DNA from: Gekko japonicus
Lineage: Eukaryota
Reading direction: 5' to 3'
Length of the DNA stretch: 64,000 nt
Assembly: GCF_001447785.1 (NCBI RefSeq)
Contig: NW_015159713.1
Location: forward strand, 66,773-130,772
The translations under genes and the position numbers were made by a program. Shown one piece after another: positions 12,434 to 25,194 of this stretch (the first letter of the stretch is position 1; every line of letters begins with the position of its first letter). The notes beneath the pieces were generated by a model that worked only from the letters and a program-made list of their open reading frames with translations, did not search any database and was not told the origin of the DNA.

Positions 12434-13656
12434 CTAGGTTGTCTGTTGAAACAACAGATGCCCCAAACATAGTGATATGTGTCTCTCCGGCTCAGCAACA
12501 GATTCCTTGAACTCTAAGTATCAAGAAATGCAGTAAATGTGATTGATCATAGATGTAAATTGTTACAAAATGGCCTAATGGACCATGATACTTTGAAAGC
12601 CACAAACCACCCAGGTGAGAGAGTAGTTTATTTATATTCAGATGCAGGGTGAAGGGTGTAGAGAAACTGTTAACTCCTTGAAATAGCTGTTTTTCGAAAA
12701 GACTATTTCCTCCTTGTATGTGACTGCGGCATTATGTTTTTGTTCTTCTTTTACCCTTCCTTTGGAAGTTCTGCGATAATGTTGCTAAGTGCTCTACCAG
12801 GTGCTCCCCCTCACTTTGGTGCGGTGTTTCACAGTATATTTTCAATATTGCTCTAAGTCATGCATTGGTCTTTTATAGACCAGAAGCAAGGGAATTGTGT
12901 ATTGTGTGCAGGGAGAAGAGGGGGGCATTAATTACTAGTCACATTCTCAGATTTAGGGTATACAAGAAGGGGGACCTGTAATACTCGCGCGGGGAGGAGA
13001 GAAGGAAGCAGCCACAGGTGAGCTTTCTCCCCTGTCCCCCCCATCCCCGGCACCCATGGCGAGGCCTGTGCCCCTCCAAGCTTCCCCCCTCCATTAGCAG
13101 CTGCAGCAGCAGTAAGACCTTGCTGGCCCGCTGAACTTTCTCCCTCCTTCCCCTCCCCCCGGCGGTGGAGGCGGTGGCAGCAAGGCTTCGCCGGCCCCCT
13201 AAGCTGTCTCCTCTCCCCTTGCAGCAACAGCGGCGAGGTCTCGCTGGCCTGCCAAATTTTCTCCCTCTCTCCCTCCCTCCCTCCTTCCTTCCCCGGCGGC
13301 AGCGGCAAGACCTTGCTGGCCCGCCAAACTTTCTCCCTCCCCCCCAGGCGGTGGCGAGGGCTGAGCAGCTTATAGCCACTGGCCAGCCAAGCCTTCTCCC
13401 CCTCCCCCTCTCCCTCTCTGGTGGTGGTGGCGGTGAAGCCATTCTAAGAGCATTCCCTGCATATGTGCAGGGGATGCTCTTTTACTTTTTTGGGGACTTA
13501 ATTATCCCCCCTATATATTTTTACAGTTTTCAGATTTTTCTGCACACCTGGGCATTGTCCCGCATGCACAGGAAAATCTCCCTGCCCCCAGGTGTCCCCG
13601 ATGTGTGGATTTAGATATCCGCACGCAGGGGCCGCCTTGGGAATTATATATATAGA
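12434..13656 (-). mobile_element. Non-autonomous Helitron with internal GC-rich minisatellite
   Basis: Minus strand starts A|TCTATATATATAATT and ends with hairpin TCTGTTG-TTT-CAACAGA then CAACCTAG|T; inserted in an AT dinucleotide with no TSD. Confidence 0.8.
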
Positions 13657-13944
13657 TAGGTAGACATCTTTACTCCATTTCTCAAACTTTTACTCACCAC
13701 AATATTCTCCAAACATCTAAGAATGTCAGTAGCTGGATTTAGCCACTTGAAGTCTATGGTCGAATCTGCATTTGCATTTTAAAATCAGTTTCATGCTGCC
13801 GTGATGCCGTTTTTCTCTATGCTTGTTTGAACATTGTTTGGAGAAGATTCTTTTAAAGCAGCGTGGTGTCAGCAAGCTGTCATATTAGCATCAGGCATAT
13901 AGATGCCTTACCTATAGGTTCCTAATTACTCATGCTTTGCTTTC

Positions 13945-14334
13945 TGTAATGCGCTTCATGTGTTTATAGTAGTTACCTAGCAACCTAGGCGCTGGCTCGC
14001 ACGAAACAGTTTGTTAGAGAAACGCACAACAATTCAAGGACAAGTGGGAAGATAAGACGTTTTGCTTTAGTTTGCTTAGACTTAACTTTTGCTAACAGCC
14101 TGGGAAAGTGAATGTTTTGGTTACACGGACCGTTCGGGTTCCCAGCTCTTTGGCGCTCATTTCACCCTGGCGGGAATCTGACCCATTGGTCCAAGGGTTG
14201 TTTGAATGCCTTTCATATTACCTGTATGGTTCTCTCCATGTTATTCTAATCAGAGACCTTGTTAGTGAATCATCCTTTCAATAAAGTTCCCTCTAAACAG
14301 AGAAGCGACTCGTTGATTGATGGGCGACCTGACA
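13945..14334 (+). mobile_element. 5' LTR of a Ty3/Gypsy retrotransposon
   Basis: Starts TGTAA and ends TGACA, AATAAA at 14280-14285, lies about 50 bp upstream of the gag ATG. Confidence 0.7.
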
Positions 14335-14386
14335 GACTGATTAGAATCCCATCATTCCTAATCTTTCCGCACCTATCACCACCGAT

Positions 14387-14973
14387 ATGGGCGACGAAGA
14401 AGGGAAATCTCTACCCGAGGACCAGGTTCAGGATGGAACCGAAACGAAGGTCCCCGACACCGGACTCGAGAAGGTCCAGCCAGATACCCCGGGAGAGGGC
14501 ACAAAGCCCAAGAAGGTGACGGCAACATTATACATGTCACCTAAGGCATGGCAGGAGCCCCTGGCAAGCTGGAGCGACTTCGGCACCGAGGGGCTTCGGC
14601 AGTCACAAGAGCAGACCAGAGCAAGGAAGCGAGAAAGCTCCCATGACTGGAGAAGAGGGAGTTCTCGCGACTGGAGTGGGGAGGCTCAGCTGTTTGCCGA
14701 GGCAAGCGGCAGAGAGCTACCATTTGGAGTGACTGCAAGATCGAAAGCCCGGAGCGGCCGCACCTCCCCGGAGGAGGGGATGTGGGAGCAGCTGCATGAA
14801 ACTAACCGGATGGTGAGAGACCCGCAGCAGACTTTGAGAGAAGTCATCGAAAATCTGCCCCAGATGGTGCGAGAGACCTACGAGCAAGTGGAGTACGAGG
14901 CACACCGGGAAGCAGGGCAAGCCCCAGCCGCACAGCAGCCGGGTGCGCAGGCAGCCCCAGCACACGTCCCGGT

Positions 14974-15004
<31 letters not shown>

Positions 15005-15379
15005 CCACTGGGTCAACAGCAACCCGGGGGCCCAGCACCAATCCTAGCAGCGGCGCAACACGGGGTACCCAGAGCTAAAGACCTCATCGAAGCAACATTT
15101 GATGGGAACCCAGACGAGCTACCGTACTTCGTGGTCAGAGTACAGAAATTCTTGGATCGGTTATGTCTGAGATGTGGGGAGAAGGGCCACTTTGTAGCCA
15201 AATGTGGACAAAAGCCAGCAGGGGAACGCAGCGGCCAGAGTACACCCAAGCCAACCCCAAAGAAGAAACCAGTGGGAAAACCCAAATTCATGAAAGTTTG
15301 TGCTTCATTCATTCATATTCAGACTGTGTTCTGGGGAACTGTAATGCACCTTAGATGCTTAGCTGGGGTTGTTTGGTAA
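14387..15379 (+). CDS. Ty3/Gypsy (sushi/PEG10/RTL-like) gag ORF, internally deleted in frame; element-derived part ends near 15295
   Basis: 330-aa open frame with coiled-coil-like region, (CAG)9 polyQ at 14975-15001, ATFDGNPDELPYFVVRVQKFL capsid N-terminal motif and CX2CX4HX4C knuckle at 15164-15205. Confidence 0.8.
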
Positions 15380-15568
15380 TATTAAATATGGTGAATGGTT
15401 TGCCCACTACCTCCAATACAATATGGTGCCCACCAACTTGTAATGTACAGACAAAAAGGAATGTTCAGAGTGTGTTAGGTCACACCCTCAGTTCATTCAG
15501 GGGAGCAGTCAGTGGTCCTGACCACAACTCAAATGAACTCATCGGGATATAATAAAATGCCCAGGAAT

Positions 15569-15933
15569 TGTTGACAGTCCATAGAAGGGGGTTTTTTGGT
15601 AGAAAAACAATATGGAGATAATTATTGGAATATGCAAAATCTATAGTGCAGCCTTATGAAGAAGATCTGAAGATCATTCTACAGGGGGACAGTTGAAGAA
15701 GGACTTGTAGTTAGCATAGTTAGACTAGGAACTTCTCACTTTTTCAAATTCTGTCCTTGCTGTCTCCTGATAGGCTCTTCGGGACACTTCCTTGTCCTGT
15801 AGAAGGTAGACTAGTCTGTTTAGGCTTTATCTCTGTATGTTCTATAACAGCTTGTTCTTCTATAATAAACCCACTTCTGTTTCTCTAAACAGTCAGTGCT
15901 CCACTTCCTTTGCATATTTAAACTCTGCCAACA
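15569..15933 (+). mobile_element. Candidate solo LTR
   Basis: Inverted termini TGTTGACAG and CTGCCAACA; AATAAA about 65 bp before the 3' end; TSD not convincing. Confidence 0.45.
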
Positions 15934-16372
15934 ATAATTTTTGTAAATACCTGGATATATGCTGCCCGTATACCTCCACCCTGTCTCTCAAGTTATTTTC
16001 TCTCAAGTTATTAGTCATCCTCTCATTAGTCATTGATCTAAAAAAACCCTATGTACCCTAGACTTGCTTGAAGCAAATTGCTAAATTAAAAAACAACCCT
16101 CACTCTGTAATCTGCCTTGCGTCCCAGTGAGAAAGGCGGACTATATAAAATGTAAACAAACAAACAAATATATAAATACAAGAAAATTATTAGTCATCTA
16201 ATGTATAATATACTGTTCAGAACTGTCCAATTATTTTACTAAAATTAAACTTCCTCATCACCTTTTCATTTTTTTCAATGTGGACATCATCCTTTGCTTT
16301 GTATTTTGAAGCCATTTCATTTTTTAAAAAAACCACACTCCCCATATGTTGAAATATGTGACAAGTACCTTC

Positions 16373-16658
16373 TCAGTTCAGCAGTTCGAGACCTGAGTGC
16401 CGCATGATAGAGTGAGCTCCCATCTCTAGTTCCAGCTCCTGCCAACCTAGCAGTTGGAAAGCAAGAAATTGCAAGTAGATAAATAGGTACCACTTCGGTG
16501 GGAAGGTAACAGCGTTCCGTGCACCTTGGTGTTTAGTCATGCCGGCCACATGACCACGGAAACATCTTCGGACAGCGCTGGCTCTTTGGCTTTGAAACGG
16601 AGATGAGCACCACAACCCTAGAGTCAGATTCGACTGGCTTTCGAGCAAGGGAACCTTT
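16373..16658 (+). mobile_element. Sauria SINE, 5' truncated
   Basis: CCAGCTCCTGCCAACCTAGCAGTT...GCAAGTAGATAAATAGGTACC...TAGTCATGCCGGCCACATGACC, with a BovB-like tail. Confidence 0.92.
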
Positions 16659-16769
16659 AAACATAACAGCTGCGATGCAGCAGCTCTACAGTCTCTATCC
16701 CTCTGTTCTGCTGTCTGTAAGCAGAGGCCCTGCACAAATGTGTGAGTGAATCTCAAAAACTAGTACTAT

Positions 16770-16965
16770 GAATATTAGATTGGAATATTATATTGGACTG
16801 GGGGGGGTCCTAGGTTCAAATCCTCGCTCAGTCATGAAATTCACTTGAGCCCTTATGCTAGAACTATTCTGTTTCAGCATACCTCATAGAGCTGTTGTAA
16901 GCATAAGTTCAAGGAGGGTGTGAATATAACCTTGAGCTCCACCAAGGAAATGGGGGGAAATGTGA
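16770..16965 (+). mobile_element. Old CORE-SINE remnant
   Basis: B-box GGTTCAAATCC and TACCTCATAGAGCTGTTGT CORE-like motif. Confidence 0.55.
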
Positions 16966-18939
16966 TGAATAGTCAGCATTTGTTGCCAAATAGAGAGCAA
17001 GAAGTTCTGGGAATTTGGTATAATGTGTAGCATACATAGCTTGCTTATGTATGTATTATGTCCTGTAGTATAATATAGGAAATTGGTTACTTAATAATGC
17101 TTACTCACACATTATGTTTTCATACACATTGATCACTTGCATGGATAACCTCAGGCTAGAAAATGAAACAGATGAATTGACCCACTGTGTTAGATTGATG
17201 ATCAAATTCATTTTAAATTATTCCCTTTGAAATCAACAGATGGGCATAGACTAACAGGTTTGAGAACTGCATTGCCTCTGAAACCAAGATAGGACATGAA
17301 ATTGGCAAGGCTTTTTGTTTCCCAGACCCAGGTGCAACAGAAACATCCCAGACACAAAACAGGTGCCATGCATAGAACGCCTTGTGCCAGAGACCCATTT
17401 TTGACAGTGACGTGCAAATTGTAACACAGTATTTTATTTTAATGGATGTTAAACAACAGTGGATGTTGACTACAAAATTTAACCTCAGAAAGTATTTTCA
17501 GTGTATCCTTGAAATAGAATCTGCAGGATATTTATTAATCCATACTCAGCTCACAACACAAAGGCTGCCTGTCATTATAATGTCAGTTTCATTTCTAACC
17601 TGGGAAGTATTGTTCTGCATAGAAATTATATTGTGCATCCATTAGCAGGGATGAAGGGGAAAAAAAAAATAAAACTGGCAAGTTTCCAGAGCCACAGCTG
17701 ATCTTTTCCACACTGCATATGTTGGAGCATGTTCCCTTCCCCCCACTTCACCTTTCCTGTTATAAAGATCGGCAAGATCAGATGTGACTCTAGATCAGAT
17801 GTGACTCTACAGGGCAGATCAGATGTGACTCTACAGGGCAGCTTTCCCCCCCAAGCCAGTTAATGAGGTGGGGTGGGACTAGATCAAAAAGCTGGTAGAA
17901 ATGGGGTCACTGAGAGGTTAAACTTCATGAATTTATTCATTGGCTGGTGTACTCCTGAAATGAGATGTCATCATTAACATTGTGGATAGCCCTGTTGCAC
18001 AAAGATAATTTCTGGAAGGTGTTGGGGAGAATAGGAAGGAGAAACATGGAAGCAAGTGCTCCTTTTGGCTTTTTATGCCCTGCTAGAGAAGAAAAAAGTG
18101 GAGAAAGAAGAGGGATGATGAAAGGTTCAGGGCTCGAATGTAATGATTTGCAAATAAACATTATGTCTTTTTAAAAATAAAATTTTTTATCTGCAGTTCT
18201 CTAAAGACATTAGAAACTGTTCAGTACTTAAGGGACGTTTAAGGGACGGTCTGCTTCAGTATATGCTTGTAAGGGAGTGATTCTGAACCAGGGGATCTAG
18301 ACATCATGGGGTCATTTATAAATATGTAGGGCATTTGGGCAGGGCTGTTTTCAGGTTTTCAGGGGCCCTGTCTGCCCACCACCAGTCCCCACCCACACCT
18401 GTCCATCTCCCACCTGTGTTCCCCCACCTGCCTGTGCACCCTTATCCCACTTGTAAGCCCTCCCACTGACCTTGCTTAGTTGCCTTAGTTACCCTTTCTC
18501 CAACAGTGTTGTTTTATAATTTGTTTTTATTGAATTCTTTTATATTTTAATATTGTTTTTAATTGTTCTAATGCTTTATTTGCACAGCCTTGGAGACCCT
18601 GATTAGGTAGAAAGGCAGCATAAAAATATCTTAAGGAAATAAATAATAAACCGCCCTAGTCAGTGCACGTAGCTGGAAATGCTGCTGCCGTGGCCACCAG
18701 CAGCATTGCCTCCGTGTACGTATGCCTTTCCCCATTGATCCTGGGCAATTGGGACCATGGGTGGCAGAACACTACAAGCAAATGGATGGAGAAAGGCATG
18801 CAAGCAACTAGCAGGGGAGGTGCATGAGTGGGAGTCAACAGCAGTGGGCCCCAGCAGCTGCCCCATCTCCGGGTCAGCTGACACCAGCCCTGCAGTCAGG
18901 ATTTTAGACAGCCCCTTGCCTGACAACTCCTGGATGATC

Positions 18940-19557
18940 ATTGCTGAACATCTTGAGAATTTTCAGATGGATTTAAAAGACAGGTACTCTGGTTTGCAAA
19001 ATAAGGAGTTTCATGACTGCCTCAGCCATCTTATATAAATTAGAAGATGTGAAAGTAGACCTACATTAGGAAATAACAGCACTCCAAACTCACCAGCAAC
19101 AATGATATGCAACTTCTGATAGCAGTCCATGTGGTTCTGTGATTAAATTGCTCAAAATTACCCTCAGCTAATGACTCATGCACAGAATCTCTTTTTACCA
19201 CTCCCCTCTTCATATTTAGTCAAGTGTGCCTTTGGTACTGGCAAGAAATGGGACTGCTTGAGCAACACAGATCATAAAGACTTGACACTAAAGTCGTCTA
19301 TTAATATCAAAGCTGAAACTAAGGAGTTGATAGATAGCCTTCAGGTACAACGGTGTCACTGGATGTATGCCTCAGACCTGTGTATCACATGCATATATCA
19401 TAAATATATTGATACAAATAGTTGCCTTGCCTGGGACCTGTATATTATATATATACGGATACAAATAGATGTCTTACCTGGAGTGCTGTTTTTAATGCAC
19501 ACACACTTGGGACTGAGGAGGCTTGGATGATGGTGGATTGATGATCAAGAACCACTG
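18940..19557 (+). mobile_element. Decayed hAT (Buster/Charlie-type) transposase 3' end with right TIR
   Basis: HLENFQMDLKDRYS...LFLPLPSSYLVKCAF...DLTLKSSINIKAETKELIDSLQVQRCH resembles the Buster C-terminus; ends in AAGAACCACTG. Confidence 0.65.
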
Positions 19558-20679
19558 TTGTAAAACAAGGTAAGTGGAGCACACAAAATGTTGAGCATAT
19601 GCTATCAAAGCTTGTATGCTGGACTCTACAGAGTTCTTCCACTAACAGTGGCATTTTTCTCTGGAGCTTCCAGATGACACAAGAGGTGATTCTGCTGGTA
19701 CCAGAGGAAATCACCACAGTTCTGCAGGATTGATCACCAAGTTATTATAATGTATGCTAGACAATCTGTCCCAGATTGATAATTGTGCTTGAAGGACAGT
19801 GTCCGTGAATGTATTCAGTGTATTATCTCTAAGTATCAAATGATCTTGTGTTTGCTTCTTTAGGAACCAAATTATATCCTTGTTTAAAGCAGTTGTGACA
19901 GAAATAAGTTATTAACTACAATGGATGTTCCGCAAGGATATAGTTTGACAGTTGTAACATGAGCAGAGAGGGATCTGACCTACTAACATACACATACTCT
20001 TGGAATGCCATTACAAGGGAAGGGTTTTTTCCCCCCAGTATCCCTGTAACAGGAAATACATTCCAAAGAAACATAAAGGAATGAAGTGTTTGTTGACTGC
20101 GATGGAATTCAGAATACGTTATTGCCAGCTATAATGTGCTCACTTGGGACTGCCTGTGTTTACAAAGTGATTTTGTTAGAAACGGGTCAATTTAAATACT
20201 AGTCTGTGTCATGTATTTTATTTAGTACACTTATGTACTGCTATCCCTTTTAAACTTTGGGCTGATGTTTGTGCTTGAGGTTTTTCGCACAGAGCAGAAA
20301 CAATTCAATAAACAGGAAAACCAGACAAGGTAGAGAATAGAAAAAGCTAAGGAAGGACAATGTGCGAGGAGGAAGCTGTGCAGGAAGCTTGGAAATGGAA
20401 GCAAATGTGCAGTAATTAGCAAACCATCAACATTTGTATTGAACGCCCCTGTCACAAGCCTATCCCTATTTAGAAGATTTATTAAATAAACCTAGCATTT
20501 TGAAACACTTGAATTAAATCTTACTGGAATCAAAATGTGTATTACAAAATGCAAAGAGGCAGGGTATGAAAATATCCAATAAATAATTATTCAGTAATAT
20601 AAGACTGCATTCGGATACCATGACAGTGATAAAATGAGAAATTCACTGAATTCAGTGGAGTGATGGCCACAGGAACGAA

Positions 20680-20925
20680 CAGCTTTAAAGGGGACTAGAT
20701 AGGTTCATGGAAGACAAGTCTATCAATGGCTAGTAGCCCTGGTGACTGAGGGGAATCTCCATATTCAGAGGCACTAAGCCTCTGAATCCCAGAGCCAGGG
20801 GAAGGCCTCAGCCTCTATATCCTGTTGTTGGCTGCCTAGAGGAACTGATTGGTTAATGTGTGAGACAAAATGCTGGACTGAAGGACCATTGGTCTGATTT
20901 AGCAAGGCTCTTCTTACGTTCCTAT
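20680..20925 (+). mobile_element. CR1 LINE 3' end
   Basis: GCTTTAAAGGGGACTAGATAGGTTCATGGA...GGACCATTGGTCTGA...CTTCTTACGTTCCTAT; same 3' UTR type as 24572-25194. Confidence 0.8.
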
Positions 20926-22052
20926 CTGACAAGATTGGGCTAGACTAGACCATCCAGGTCATGAGACCAACAATATTACTGCAATTATACATTTTAAAGA
21001 GTCAAATATTTTGATCTGTCCACTCTGTGACATTGGACAAAGTGTACCTCAGTGTGAAAAAATATATTATTTTGATTTCATAGGGTGATTAGTTTTGGAA
21101 CCAGTTGGCCCACCAACCCTCCCCCTCCTCATTATTTTCTGTCTTCCATTCACTTTCATGTACTGGTGCCATGTGTAAATTTATGAATTGGTTTCCAAAT
21201 GTCCACAGTGCTGATCTCACATAACATTTACATGCAGCTGGAAAATGTATATACACGTCTCAAGTCCTTAGAATACTATAAATATTCTGAAAGTGTTTAC
21301 TTCTTCTGTCCAGTTTTCTATTTGCAGTCTTTAAGAACACTAAAAGAGAAAGGGTCATATAGCCCAACAGACACACAGAGATGAAGGATAAAAGAACATT
21401 CTCAGTAAACTTTGACCTTCATTTTATGGCTCTTTGGAGACATGAAATCTTTTTTTCCATCATAATCTATCAGGGGCAAGACACTGGCAGGGTCTGTCTA
21501 ACAAACAGAAAGTCTAGAAAATGAGGTGTTCTCCCTAAACTCTCCCTGCTAGAGGTGCTATGAAGGGTTTAGGGGAGGAGCTATCAGTACTTCTCCTAAG
21601 CTAGGTTTGGATGTAGGAACGGACTCCTCATCTAAGAATGAACAGGGAAAGCCAGGGAGTACTCTGGGGGAAGATGAGGGAGCTCAGGGAACACCTGGCA
21701 CAATTGGACCCCCCCACACTTCAGACCCAGAGACCCTGGATTCTGAGGCCTTGACAAAAGGGTCAGCTCCAGACAATGCTCCTGACTTGCCAGACTATGG
21801 GGCAGTCAACCCCCTTCATCATAAGGCCAGACCATTAGACCCCCCCTTCAGGTTCCTCCCCCACCTGGTGGGAGCAATGGAGCCTGTGAGCCTGCAATAT
21901 GAAAGCACAGCAATAATTAAGAGCCAGGCTGGCAGCCTGTGGTCCTAGTATTGAGTCAGATTACTGCTTGAGCAAATATTATTCTTTGAGGTATCAGGCT
22001 CAATTAACCTGACTGGATGAAGCCCAGGAACAAGTGTAGTTTATTTCTCTAT

Positions 22053-22719
22053 GGGTGCGTTCAGACGCGGCGTTTGCAACGGTATAGGTGCTGGTTGCAA
22101 TCGGTGTACTTACCGGCGTTCACACGTAGAACATCTGTCTTCCGTCCCTAACCGTTGCAAAGCCCTTTAAACCGTTGTACTCTGCCACTAGGTCCCCAAG
22201 TGGTGGTATCCTGAGTACAATGGTTGTGATCGCTTTACCCCCCCCCCCCCGCCTGATCCCTCCCCAACGTTGCAGAGCCACTTCCGTTCGGAAGCTTCCG
22301 ATTTTCGCCCACCATTTTTTTTTAAAGGTTGGCGATATGCGTTTGGGCGAAGCTTCGCCCTGGCGTTTGTTTTTTAAAAAAGAAAAGGGCCTTAGTTTAG
22401 CGTTTCGGAGGAGTCCGGGTCCTCAGGGAAGCTACTTTGCTCTTTAAACTTTAAAGGTAAGTCCTTACCTTTAAAGTTTAAATGTCAGACGGGGTTTTTT
22501 GCGCATGCACAAAGATCACCATTCTGTGGATGGCTGCCTATGCGCATGCTCAAACTGAGTTTAAAAAAAAAACGCCGATGCCCGCTGCGTGTGGACGGGC
22601 ATACAATGATGGGCTCCGCAGACAGGAGGTGAGTGTGATCGCGTTTTAGCCGGCATAAACTGCACCGGCTCCAACCAGTACAGTTTATGCCAGCTGAAAT
22701 GCCCTGTCTGAACGCACCT
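22053..22719. mobile_element. PIF/Harbinger-like MITE, CpG-rich, with internal perfect hairpin
   Basis: Perfect 13-bp TIR GGTGCGTTCAGAC and GTCTGAACGCACC; 19-bp stem at 22443-22482. Confidence 0.8.
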
Positions 22720-22941
22720 GATAGGTTACAAGCCATGGGAGCAGAAAAGAGCTTTGCTGGTTCAACTAGTTTGTTTGGCCAGTGCACTCTGTGCTATCTG
22801 TGAACCTGGACAAAGGTGAAAACCTAAACTGTGACCTCAGTGCTCCTCTGAAGACTAGACCTGACCTCTTGCTACTGCACTGACCTCTGCTCCAAAAGAG
22901 TCTATAAAACATTTCAAGTCTCTGCTGTCAGAGAGAGAACA

Positions 22942-23140
22942 GGGGCTGTAGCTCAGTGGTAGAGCACCAGTTGAGGACACAGAAAGTCCTACGTTCAATC
23001 CCCAGTATCTGCAGATAAAAGATACAAGAAATAGAAGGAGGACCTCTACCTCAGACCCTGGCAAGATGCTGCCAGCCTGAGCAGTCAATACTGCATTTGA
23101 TTGAATAATGGTCTGATTTAACAGAAAGCAGATTCAGGTG
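22942..23140 (+). mobile_element. tRNA-derived SINE with CR1-like tail
   Basis: GGGGCTGTAGCTCAGTGGTAGAGCA (A box), GTTCAATCCCC (B box), then a SINE body. Confidence 0.8.
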
Positions 23141-24571
23141 TTTCTTTCTCCTTGGCTTTGCTCCTACTGGCCTTTGACATTTCCAGTTGCTCCTCACTAA
23201 CTATCCCCATTATCTGGGAGAAGTGGCTAATACTACTTGTGCTGTTGTACTGCCAAAGAAGCTTGTTTATCGATTCTTGGTTGGAATCACCACCATACAA
23301 CCTAGAAATAAGATAATGTCAACTGGTTCTAGTGGAGGGACTGCTCCATGCCAGGCAGGTTAATGTCACCTTGGATACAAGCCAGGTGTCACCCTGAATG
23401 CAAGTCAGATATAGGTGCTATGTTCTTCCCTGATGCCCCTGCCCACATGTATCCTAGTTGTGTTATTCCTTTGGTATTTTGATGGAACATAGCGCTTGTT
23501 CAGATGATTCTCATAGTGAGCAGCTCCCAAATTAACAAAGCTATACTGCTCTATAATTCTAAACAACAGGAGTTAACAGTACAATCCCAAAGACATCTAT
23601 GGGTTTATAAGGGTGTAACTCGGCTTAGAATTGTTCTGTAAAGTCTCAGGCAGTTGCAGGAGAGATCTGCAAAACAAATGAATGTGTTTTGGACAGCTTC
23701 TAAAAACTCCAATGAAGGCTTGTCCCTTGTGATAACACCTGTTTTTCTTTCTCTGATGTGAAATCCAGGAAAGACTGCAAGAATGCTGGGAGATTATGTT
23801 TGATTTAAAATACTCACATCATATTTAATATTCATTCCCCTACATTAGCTAAATTTCATGACAATATCTAATGGTTTGACTTCAGCTTGTTCATTGCCTT
23901 TATTTTCCATGATTTCATTCAGGGGACTTGTGCCTTGACATCTGCTGGTGATTTGCCCCCACACAAGCAGCAGGGCTTTGAGCCTCCCCCAAACTGTGAG
24001 TCTCTGTGGATGTAGTGCTCCTTTTAACTGTCTGTTGAATTTGGCCCATCTCTGTCTCCAAAGCTTCAATGTGCAGAACAGTTGCTCTGAGGAAATTTTG
24101 ATAGACTGCCATGAGTTCTAAGGCCAGCATTTTATGCCACGTTAAAAAAAAAATCAGTTGCAGTCTAGGTTCAGTATACTGAAAGTGCTGCAACAGCCTC
24201 TTAAAAATATAGCAAACAATGAAAACAAGCAGCTTTGGGAAGTTATTTTCATTTGTACAGGAATCACTCACCAATCTGAAACCACACAAAAGTGATCTTT
24301 TATTATTGATTGCACAGGCAATGTTTAAGACTAGGAGTGTTTATGAGGTATCAAATGAAAAGAACTGTAATATCAGTCTTTTGAAAAGTTGTTCTGCCTT
24401 CTTTTGCCAAACTGCCCCATTGCCAAGTGAAATTAATATTGATATGTCAACCTGAGAGTGGAAAGAAAGCCATAGAAAGTGTCAAAGCATTCTTCAAAAT
24501 AATTCTTTCCTTATCAGATGAGCTCAGACAAAATATTTTCATCTTATGAAAATAACAAATGTTCCTGTCTT

Positions 24572-25194
24572 TTAAAAAAAGGATATTATAGCATTGAAAA
24601 AAGTGCAGAAAAGAGCAACTAGAATAATAAAAGGGTTGGAACACTGTCCCTATGAAGAAAAGGTAAAATGCTTGGGGCTCTTTAGCTTGGAGAAATGACG
24701 GCTGAGAGGGGACATGATCGAGGTTTATAAGATTATGGATGGGATAGAACAGGTCGAGAAAGAAGTACTTTTCTCCCTTTCTCACAATACAAGAACTCGT
24801 GGGCACTCAATGAAATTGCTGAGCAGTCGGGTTAGAACAGATAAAAGGAAGTACTTCTTCAACCAAAGAGTGATTAACACATGGAATTTACTGCCACAGG
24901 AGGTGGTGGCAGCTACAAGCATGGACGGCTTCAAGAGGGCATTAGATAAACATATGGAGCAGAGGTTCATCAGTGGCTATTAGCCACAAGGTAGGAACTT
25001 TCAGTCTGGGACAAGTGATGCACTGTATTCATGGTGCTTGGGGGGAGGGTCAACAGTGGGAGGGCTTCTAGTGTCCTGGCCCCACTGATGGACCTCCTGA
25101 TGGCACCTGGTATTTCTGACCACTGTGTGACAGAGTGTTGGAATGGATGGGGCATTGGCCTGATCCAACATTGGCTTTTCTTATGTTCTTATGT
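24572..25194 (+). mobile_element. CR1 LINE 3' fragment (ORF2 C-terminus and 3' UTR)
   Basis: LRGDMIEVYKIMDG...TRGHSMKL...RKYFFNQRVINTWNLLP; (TTCTTATG)n tail. Confidence 0.95.

Noticed and set aside
12928-13614. Overlapping 126-167 aa ORFs on both strands
   Set aside because: Stop-poor GC-rich minisatellite with low-complexity translations.
15569-15933. 3' LTR of the Gypsy element at 13945
   Set aside because: No sequence similarity to the 5' LTR.
21555-22890. 113-aa ORF and possible LTR-like repeat around the MITE
   Set aside because: No termini, TSD or protein motif could be defined.
22942-23015. tRNA gene
   Set aside because: The anticodon arm is degenerate and the sequence continues into a SINE body found elsewhere in the window.
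23180-23301. Glycosyltransferase-2-like VVIPTKNR on the minus strand after a strong acceptor
   Set aside because: Only eight residues, followed by a stop, with no downstream GT-A features or clear donor.
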